Shown: piece by piece, positions 60,701-64,000 of the stretch | How positions within the stretch are numbered: position 1 is the first letter of the stretch | Layout of the letters: each line of letters starts with the position of its first letter | DNA from: Octopus vulgaris | Lineage: Eukaryota | Reading direction: 5' to 3' | Length of the DNA: 64,000 bases | Assembly: GCA_951406725.2 (NCBI GenBank) | Contig: OX597814.1 | Coordinates: forward strand, 108,934,001-108,998,000 | Translations under genes and position numbers: made by a program | Notes under the pieces: model-generated | Databases searched by the model: none | Told to the model about the DNA's origin: nothing | What the model saw: the letters and a program-made list of their open reading frames with translations, nothing else

Positions 60701-63140
60701 AATGTACTTTGTAGATTCCTTGCTTTAAGAATAATGTGCAAAAGAAATCAACAAAAGTGTTACAAAGTTAAAAGCATTATCAAAATTGTTGCTGCCATGA
60801 GCACCATTGCTGGCATCAGCCATATCGTGGGTGTTGTTGTAAACAAGAGTAAAAGATGATGCAAAATAGCTTTTTTTGAAAAATATTTTGTTTTCTTAAA
60901 AATTATAGGAAAAATTAATATTGTAATTTCGTTTTGGGATTTGGTTTGCAATATTCTTCATATGAATTTGTGTGTTGAAGCATATTCTGTTGTGTCTCGG
61001 GAGAGTCATCTTCTTTTTGTGCCTTATAATTTAACACACTCACCAGTTAAATTTCCACTTATTTCTTATTTTTATTTTCTTAAAATTTTCATAGCATCTT
61101 GCAACCTTTTCAAAAGTCTTGAAAATGTTGCAAGATGCAATGAAAGTTTTAGGAAAATAAAAATAAGAGGAAATTTTACCAGTGTGTGTGTGTTAAATTA
61201 TAAGGCACAAAAAGAAAATTACTCTTCCCAGACACAACTTAATATTGTAAAACATTACAATATTCAAAAAGAAACTGATACAAAACAAACAAATATCATT
61301 TTCAAAACGGCAAGAAAATTAGCATTAAGAAATAGCAATGTAACTTTGAAAAGCCAAATAAGGGGAGGGAGAGAGAGAGATAGAGAGAGGGAGAGAAATA
61401 CACTTCATGACTTTAGATACTGCTAATATTATGAACTTTCTATCTCTTGTGAGGTACCGTTTACCAACTACACATAAATGTCACAAACTTTTTAATCACA
61501 AAATGTTAAAGTGAGCTACTCTTGTCTAGATAATATTACTTTCACAATTGCATGGTACAACTGAAAACACACATGCAATGCTGAAATCAAGCCACTCTTC
61601 CATGCGGAAGGGATTGCTGCCTTTCCTAGGTGGGATATTAAGTCAGATACATCACTGATGTACTATAATCAGTTAAACTCTTAACAAGGTTCCCTGCATA
61701 ATCAAGTGGGCTGCATAACTTCCAGCTTACCTCTCTGAAAAACAATACATCTTGATGCAACCCAAAGTGTCCTTCAACAAGAAATTTGAAATGATTTTCT
61801 ACTGTCATAGATGAGACTTTGAACTGGATCAGTCCCAAACAACCTGCCTGGAAAATATCACCAATGTGAAATCAGAAAGGATCAAAAAAATTTCCTCTGT
61901 TATTAATGAATGTTAAGCTAAGAGGAGTTGCCTTTTTTGCATCTTCCAGTGATTTCCATAGCAGTTAATTTCAATTTCTATCATGTGGCCAAGAAAATCC
62001 AATGGGAACAAGGAACCACCTTTCAAGCAGAATACAGCAAACACTTCACTTGTCTCTGACATTTAAAATATCAGGCATATGTCTGATACAGCTTTATTTT
62101 CAACATACCAACAATAAAAGACCATATCAGCTTGTATGAAGTGTATATATATATATATATATATGTATGTATATATATGTAACTAAATTTGGATTGTTGG
62201 CAATTTTTTTAATCCATCTTCCTTTTCTTTCAGACTTTCCTCTGACTCCTGTTTCTGAAGAAGAGCTTTGCTCGAAATGTAAAACACCCTTTCTTTCTTC
62301 CCTGAGCGTCTTATTAATACTTTGCAGGTACAATGTCCTTGCGTTGTTGTTTTTTTGTCTTGTCTTTTTCTCCATTTTTTTTAGTTAACTATATGTATAT
62401 ACACACACACACACAGGTATATATTTATATAATCAACCTACAGTTTTCCATGCTTGCATGGGCTGGACAGAGGTTATTGAAGCAAATTTCCTACAGTTGG
62501 ATGCTCATCCTGTTGCCAACCCCAAGTAAGGGATATTTCCCCCATGACCAGGAATATTTCTCATCAAAGACTGGAAATGAACAACATCCCTTACATGATG
62601 GCAATGCTAGTTTACAATCATCATGTGATGTCTAGACAAGGATATATACACACACACACACATGATGGGTTTCTTTTCGTTTCTGCCTACCAAGTTGACT
62701 AGCAATGTTTTTGTCAGTCCAGAGCTCTAGTAGAAGACAGTTGTCTAAGGTACTGCACAGTGGGACTGAATGGTTGGAAAGCAAGCTTCTGAACCACAAA
62801 GCTACGTTGGCATCGATACCGAATGCAGTACCCCTGTGCCTATTAGTGAAAAAAAATGATGTCTATCCTCAATGGCTCTTTCTGAATGAAATGAAAATCT
62901 TATGGTACAAACCTTGCAGGGAAGAGAAGCCTCATTTGTAATCACAATTTTTAATGTTTCAGAATTTCCAACAAAGTTCTGTTTGAACAGGACCACGGGT
63001 TGTCCATTCTGGTTCCGGTTGCTCGGTTGGCTGACAACAACTCTGGGCAGGACACCTTCACCGGATATTTCAAATATAAGTGATTCGGGTTTGATGCTCA
63101 TAGGGGATTCTATGGAAACCTCAAAAGTGGTCGTATACAT
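154..63140 (-). CDS. HYDIN: HYDIN (hydrocephalus-inducing protein homolog), partial multi-exon CDS, C-terminal portion, 22 exons in window
   Basis: Exon translations match recalled HYDIN motifs in the correct order ([66 protein letters not shown]). All junctions are GT-AG, phases chain correctly and the summed length is 4293 nt with no stop. Confidence 0.95.
440..1850 (-). mobile_element. Degraded CR1/L2-group LINE 3' end, containing the minisatellite
   Basis: Minus-strand remnants such as [16 protein letters not shown]...[10 protein letters not shown] resemble the ORF2 C-terminus; ends in an (AAT)n tract; related copy at 4210-5280. Confidence 0.6.
521..1306. repeat. 25-bp minisatellite, about 31 copies
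   Basis: Unit ATAGGATAAGGCAYGGGAAGTGGAC repeated head to tail with minor variants. Confidence 0.97.
2586..3327 (-). mobile_element. Putative non-autonomous Helitron-like element
   Basis: Plus strand begins A^CTAG and ends (TA)nGA^T, i.e. TC...CTAG on the minus strand; terminal hairpin decayed. Confidence 0.45.
3978..4128 (-). CDS. HYDIN: HYDIN exon (GLDYIDVP...YKEG)
   Basis: cag acceptor, gtaagt donor, 151 nt, phase 2/0. Confidence 0.92.
4210..5280 (-). mobile_element. Second copy of the same LINE 3' end, interrupted by a plus-strand RTE fragment (about 4320-5015)
   Basis: Shares ATTGTATACAGTGCT and CATCAGGTG.ACTGTTGGTGAATT...GTGTCCCAACAGC with 440-1420. The insert encodes FCYLEDRV...[20 protein letters not shown] and has a (GAT)n tail. 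Confidence 0.7.
5560..5940 (-). mobile_element. tRNA-derived SINE family A (head, central TA/CA microsatellite, tail)
   Basis: Head GCAGGAGTGGCTGTGTGGTAAG...CCTTGGGCAAGTGTCTT; TGTTATA flanks. Full or partial relatives near 15575-15975(+), 18340-18500, 28263-28400(+), 30120-30465, 40685-40870, 43453-43841, 46067-47100(+), 55975-56115 and 63205-63610. Confidence 0.85.
6158..6321 (-). CDS. HYDIN: HYDIN exon ([12 protein letters not shown]...[10 protein letters not shown])
   Basis: cag acceptor, gtacaa donor, 164 nt, phase 0/2. Confidence 0.92.
6395..6660 (-). mobile_element. tRNA-derived SINE family D
   Basis: A/B-box head followed by TTGAGCAAGACA; longer copy at 48290-48597, partial copies near 17800-17905 and 30720-30835. 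Confidence 0.7.
6947..7170 (+). mobile_element. tRNA-derived SINE family B with Meta/Nin-like central domain
   Basis: GGCGGCGAGCTGGCAGA...GAGTTCAAATTC...GCCTTTCATCCTTT...GGGGTCGATAAATTAAGTACC. Copies near 7763-7985(+), 34540-34770(-), 35455-35600(-), 39990-40217(-), 41108-41343(-) and 59218-59449(-). Confidence 0.85.
8415..8717 (-). CDS. HYDIN: HYDIN exon (NIPCYV...LTLTGTC...PIIDGIYW...YKPMRMT)
   Basis: cag acceptor, gtaaat donor, 303 nt, phase 0/0. Confidence 0.92.
11590..12830 (+). mobile_element. R4/Dong-like non-LTR retrotransposon remnant (RT plus restriction-like endonuclease), internally deleted
   Basis: [12 protein letters not shown]...[18 protein letters not shown] and RRGIFQGD, then [16 protein letters not shown]...RKPDIVLI and LQKTALLGT; (TAA)n on both sides. 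Confidence 0.85.
12851..12986 (-). CDS. HYDIN: HYDIN exon (IRWD...FNISP...DIRYK)
   Basis: cag acceptor, gtattg donor, 136 nt, phase 2/0. Confidence 0.9.
13916..14470. mobile_element. Tc1/mariner-derived fold-back element
   Basis: TA-CAGGGTG...CACCATG-TA termini; 225-bp inverted arms; transposase C-terminus [14 protein letters not shown] on the minus strand. Confidence 0.9.
15305..15474 (-). CDS. HYDIN: HYDIN exon (IPFGAVV...NTGDI)
   Basis: cag acceptor, gtatgg donor, 170 nt, phase 0/2. Confidence 0.9.
17319..17612 (+). mobile_element. tRNA-derived SINE family C
   Basis: GGAGGYGCAATGGCCCAGTGGTTAGGGCAG...GTTTCGATTCCC head; near-identical copy at 46514-46824; both lie between (TG)n and (TA)n. 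Confidence 0.85.
18538..18804 (-). CDS. HYDIN: HYDIN exon (VEVADHKK...RIPQFTEE)
   Basis: aag acceptor, gtaaac donor, 267 nt, phase 0/0. Confidence 0.88.
19086..20356. mobile_element. Non-autonomous DNA transposon with about 209-bp TIRs and 8-bp TSD (Merlin-like)
   Basis: TSD CCACTTTT at 19078-19085 and 20357-20364; termini GGATCT...AGATCC. Confidence 0.85.
20470..20715 (+). mobile_element. Old RTE LINE 3' fragment
   Basis: [16 protein letters not shown] resembles the RTE ORF C-terminus; GAA-rich tail. Confidence 0.55.
20875..21073 (-). CDS. HYDIN: HYDIN exon (LDCLY...FYPR...INGLS)
   Basis: tag acceptor, gtaaaa donor, 199 nt, phase 2/0. Confidence 0.9.
21535..23225 (-). mobile_element. Cluster of three 5'-truncated RTE 3'-UTR copies (about 21535-22040, 22465-22810, 22989-23225) around a HYDIN exon
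   Basis: Match 33990-34392. Further copies near 3533-3880, 11003-11320, 11357-11547(+), 14517-14665, 16380-16530(+), 23857-24090, 29255-29580(+), 38770-38980(+), 45105-45381(+), 47385-47770(+), 53855-53990 and 59985-60260. Confidence 0.9.
22134..22303 (-). CDS. HYDIN: HYDIN exon (IAHGPTY...[18 protein letters not shown])
   Basis: cag acceptor, gtgaga donor, 170 nt, phase 0/2; correct frame absent from the ORF track. Confidence 0.9.
24189..24404 (-). CDS. HYDIN: HYDIN exon (VEINEKS...CKVYLK)
   Basis: cag acceptor, gtttgt donor, 216 nt, phase 0/0. Confidence 0.88.
24564..25641 (+). mobile_element. piggyBac deletion derivative
   Basis: TTAA flanks; 12-bp TIR CCCTTTCGTTAC; acidic N-terminus, then frameshifted DYFYLLF...TNRYA...[10 protein letters not shown]...IIMGI typical of piggyBac transposases. 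Confidence 0.9.
25830..26120. repeat. Compound (GA)n/(CA)n low-complexity repeat with internal duplication
   Basis: GAGAGACACACACAGAAAGAGAGAAAAAGAGACAAGGAGAG occurs twice. Confidence 0.9.
26254..26461 (-). CDS. HYDIN: HYDIN exon (FPISIYF...LNIKGGGY...IDFGS)
   Basis: cag acceptor, gtaaga donor, 208 nt, phase 2/0. Confidence 0.9.
26678..27390 (-). mobile_element. RTE 3' end (ORF C-terminus plus 3' UTR)
   Basis: RLCWYGHV...RGRPRKTWD on the minus strand; (CAT)n at the left end. Confidence 0.9.
27989..28179 (-). mobile_element. piggyBac-type MITE
   Basis: TTAA-CCCTTTTGTTAC...GTAACAAAAGGG-TTAA; same family as 58504-58955 in reverse orientation. Confidence 0.9.
29865..30012 (-). CDS. HYDIN: HYDIN exon (ETVYLVNNE...[10 protein letters not shown])
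   Basis: cag acceptor, gtaaca donor, 148 nt, phase 1/2. Confidence 0.9.
31285..34392 (+). mobile_element. RTE-clade LINE, 5'-truncated and disrupted (end of APE endonuclease, RT, structured 3' UTR)
   Basis: [66 protein letters not shown] and GRGRPRKTW; several stops and frameshifts; (GAT)n tail. Confidence 0.95.
35102..35267 (-). CDS. HYDIN: HYDIN exon (MVFEF...ESFWEF...FDRSH)
   Basis: cag acceptor, gtaagt donor, 166 nt, phase 0/1. Confidence 0.9.
35625..37020 (+). mobile_element. Older RTE RT fragment interrupted by a Helitron-like insert
   Basis: Colinear with about 32100-33110; resumes after 36846. Confidence 0.85.
36459..36845 (-). mobile_element. Non-autonomous Helitron-like element
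   Basis: Reverse complement of 56394-56777; inserted at A^T with no TSD. Confidence 0.8.
37064..37202 (-). CDS. HYDIN: HYDIN exon (FPIFNPT...GKKAE)
   Basis: tag acceptor, gtgatt donor, 139 nt, phase 2/0. Confidence 0.9.
37255..37610. repeat. Imperfect (CAT)n/(CAC)n trinucleotide tract
   Basis: Directly visible; source of spurious His-rich and Val-rich ORFs. Confidence 0.9.
39063..39287 (-). CDS. HYDIN: HYDIN exon (IPNL...PYCHFD...LDPNTRVIE)
   Basis: tag acceptor, gtaagt donor, 225 nt, phase 2/2. Confidence 0.92.
39300..39835. repeat. Polypurine tract with an internal duplication of about 226 bp
   Basis: GAGGGATGGAGGGG...GTGTGGGATTGGAGG occurs near 39355 and 39581. Confidence 0.85.
40331..40579 (-). 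CDS. HYDIN: HYDIN exon ([11 protein letters not shown]...VKYSPL)
   Basis: tag acceptor, gtaatg donor, 249 nt, phase 2/2. Confidence 0.9.
41795..42920. mobile_element. Penelope-like terminal structure (inverted copy plus partial tandem pseudo-LTRs)
   Basis: 41832-42194 is the reverse complement of about 42531-42893; 42197-42445 directly repeats about 42674-42920; hammerhead motif inside; (TA)n flanks. Confidence 0.7.
42042..42095 (-). ncRNA. Type I hammerhead ribozyme-like motif (cleavage triplet GUG, probably inactive)
   Basis: TATCA-CTGACGA-AGAG...CTCT-GAAA-TAGGGTG-TGATA. Confidence 0.6.
43453..43841 (-). mobile_element. SINE family A, full copy with TSD
   Basis: Same head and tail as 5560-5940; TATTGTAT on both flanks. 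Confidence 0.85.
44049..44240 (-). CDS. HYDIN: HYDIN exon ([11 protein letters not shown]...[10 protein letters not shown])
   Basis: cag acceptor, gtatgt donor, 192 nt, phase 2/2. Confidence 0.88.
44400..44700 (+). mobile_element. Helitron-like 5' fragment
   Basis: A^TCTATATATATAATAC followed by (TGTC)n; 3' end not seen. Confidence 0.4.
44850..45785 (+). repeat. Tandem array of about four diverged 150-215-bp units
   Basis: Recurring GGCCTCTCACA...ACAATGTC..TCTAAA and GAATRCTAAAGGG-like ends near 44940, 45420, 45630 and 45780. Confidence 0.75.
45827..45924 (-). CDS. HYDIN: HYDIN exon ([14 protein letters not shown]...)
   Basis: tag acceptor, gtaaga donor, 98 nt, phase 0/2; absent from the ORF track. 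Confidence 0.9.
46514..46824 (+). mobile_element. tRNA-derived SINE family C, second copy
   Basis: Aligns end to end with 17319-17612. Confidence 0.85.
47222..48131. mobile_element. hAT (Charlie-like) non-autonomous element carrying an RTE 3'-UTR insert
   Basis: TIR CAGGGGTGGGGAAAC matches at 12/15; TSD ATCTAAAC / GTCTAAAC. Confidence 0.85.
48739..49013 (-). CDS. HYDIN: HYDIN exon (FGDCHIG...FSPQMGHL...KPLSQ)
   Basis: cag acceptor, gtaaaa donor, 275 nt, phase 1/0. Confidence 0.9.
49800..53241 (+). mobile_element. CR1/L2-group LINE, 5'-truncated within ORF1, ORF2 almost intact
   Basis: APE motifs ([28 protein letters not shown]); RT motifs ([36 protein letters not shown]); one frameshift near 52460; stop at 53200; (GAAAT)n tail. 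Confidence 0.95.
49992..53200 (+). pseudogene. LINE ORF2 (endonuclease-reverse transcriptase) with a single frameshift
   Basis: Frame is open 49992-52463 and continues in another frame to 53200 (VKDLGI...RFERYRIIY). Confidence 0.9.
54990..55510 (+). mobile_element. RTE endonuclease N-terminal fragment plus a downstream piece
   Basis: TVNVGTM...[12 protein letters not shown]...GVRDVGILL. Confidence 0.8.
56394..56777 (+). mobile_element. Non-autonomous Helitron-like element
   Basis: A^TC start, subterminal hairpin CCCGAGC-AAT-GCTGGG, CTAG^T end. Confidence 0.85.
56820..57077 (-). CDS. HYDIN: HYDIN exon (KKQLHTASV...HDNPYE...GEGY)
   Basis: tag acceptor, gtatgt donor, 258 nt, phase 1/1. Confidence 0.9.
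57604..57648 (-). ncRNA. Degenerate hammerhead-like motif
   Basis: GACAC-TTGATGA-A-GGCTGG...TCAGCC-AAAC-GTC-GTGTT; two core lesions. Confidence 0.5.
57706..58353 (+). mobile_element. RTE RT fragment
   Basis: The 194-aa ORF is closely similar to 32130-32720. Confidence 0.9.
58504..58955 (+). mobile_element. Two adjacent piggyBac-type MITEs (58504-58703 and 58735-58955)
   Basis: Each has TTAA flanks and a GTAACGAAAGGG right end; internal sequences are alike. Confidence 0.9.
58975..59503 (+). mobile_element. mariner 3' remnant interrupted by a SINE
   Basis: Broken-frame SMAHF...EVEATV...KDKNW...GIKEL...VQHNGLYFE, typical of the mariner C-terminus; putative end ...CAATA. Confidence 0.65.
59218..59449 (-). 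mobile_element. SINE family B with 14-bp TSD
   Basis: AAATAAAGCGAATA at 59204-59217 and 59450-59463. Confidence 0.9.
59526..59622 (-). CDS. HYDIN: HYDIN exon ([16 protein letters not shown]...)
   Basis: tag acceptor, gtaagt donor, 97 nt, phase 0/1. Confidence 0.85.
62250..62286 (+). ncRNA. Minimal type I hammerhead ribozyme-like motif
   Basis: TGTTT-CTGAAGA-A-GAGC-TTT-GCTC-GAAA-TGTA-AAACA. Confidence 0.65.
62913..63140 (-). CDS. HYDIN: HYDIN exon (MYTTTFEV...EASLPCK)
   Basis: cag acceptor, gtttgt donor, 228 nt, phase 0/0. Confidence 0.9.
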
Positions 63141-63671
63141 CTGCAAAATTATGGCAAAAGAATGAAATCAAATCAAAAAAGGTTTCCAAAATAGATACTT
63201 AAATCTTTTATCGTTTGCTTCTTTCAGTCATTAGACTGTGGCCATGCTGGGGCACTGCCTTGAAAAATATTTAGTCAAATGAATTGACTCCAGTACTTCC
63301 TTTTTTTCCAAGCCTGGTACTTATTCTATCGGCCTCTTTTTGCCCAACTGCTAAGTTATGGGAACATAAACACACCAACACCGGTTGTCAAGCAGTGGAG
63401 GACAAACAAAGACTCAACCCCCCCCTACACACACACACAACACAAAACATTTATACAAGACAGGCTTCTTTCAGTCTCTGCCTACCAAACCCACTCACAA
63501 GGTTTTGGATGACCCAAGGTTATAGTAGAAGACACTTATCCAAGGTGCCAAGCAGTGGAACTGAACTCAGAACCATGTGGTTGAGAAGCAAGCTTCTTAC
63601 CATACAACCAGGTTAATCATTTGTCAAAAAATTAATTAAAATGTGTATTACACTATAAAATCATATTGATA

Positions 63672-63825
63672 CAGGAGCAGTCTGAGCCATCAGTCAATCG
63701 GGCACTGTCTTAGAGCCAGAGCTCTGTGGGCCTGCACTCAACATGTTAACTCTACTGATATGACTGCTAAGGGGTCTGGAGAACAGTTTTGCCTGAGGGC
63801 CCTTAATACTCTCAGTTTGCCCCTG
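63672..63825. mobile_element. hAT-type MITE
   Basis: 8-bp TSD TATTGATA; imperfect TIR CAGGAGCAGTCTGAG / CTCAGTTTGCCCCTG. Confidence 0.75.
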
Positions 63826-64000
63826 TATTGATATAATCTTAAGTTTCCCAACCTACACTGGCTACAGGGGATTCCCTGTCCAATTGGTATGGAAAAGGCT
63901 TACAGCGATTGGAATAAGAGAAAAAGAGCTAAAGGTGGCTGAGCACAGGATGGGAGAGGTAGCAGAAAGAGCCTCATGCAGGTTATGGAGCTGCATGCAT

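Noticed and set aside
60941-61426. 161-aa plus-strand ORF
   Set aside because: It runs across an AT-rich palindrome and has no recognisable domain.

Overview
Eukaryotic, AT- and microsatellite-rich genomic DNA. The repeat families resemble octopus/coleoid cephalopod repeats, but that taxon call is an inference. The whole window lies inside one minus-strand gene, HYDIN (central-pair axonemal protein). I reconstructed 22 consecutive coding exons (154..63140; 4293 nt, 1431 codons), all GT-AG, phase-compatible and stop-free; the gene continues beyond both window ends. The introns are packed with mobile DNA: a near-intact CR1/L2-group LINE, RTE LINEs plus many 3'-UTR fragments, an R4/Dong-like RLE element, several tRNA-derived SINE families, and piggyBac, hAT, Tc1/mariner, Merlin-like and Helitron-like elements. 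There are also Penelope-like fold-backs, a 25-bp minisatellite and many palindromes. Best leads: (1) an HIV-type T_TTT_TTA slippery site placed exactly where the ATG-less ORF2 of the CR1-like LINE opens in the -1 frame of ORF1; (2) about eight hammerhead-ribozyme-like motifs from different repeat families; (3) a Tc1/mariner fold-back built from two 3' ends; (4) a PHD-like finger inside an RTE ORF and a hairpin-array 3' UTR. All family calls come from reading the sequence, without database searches.
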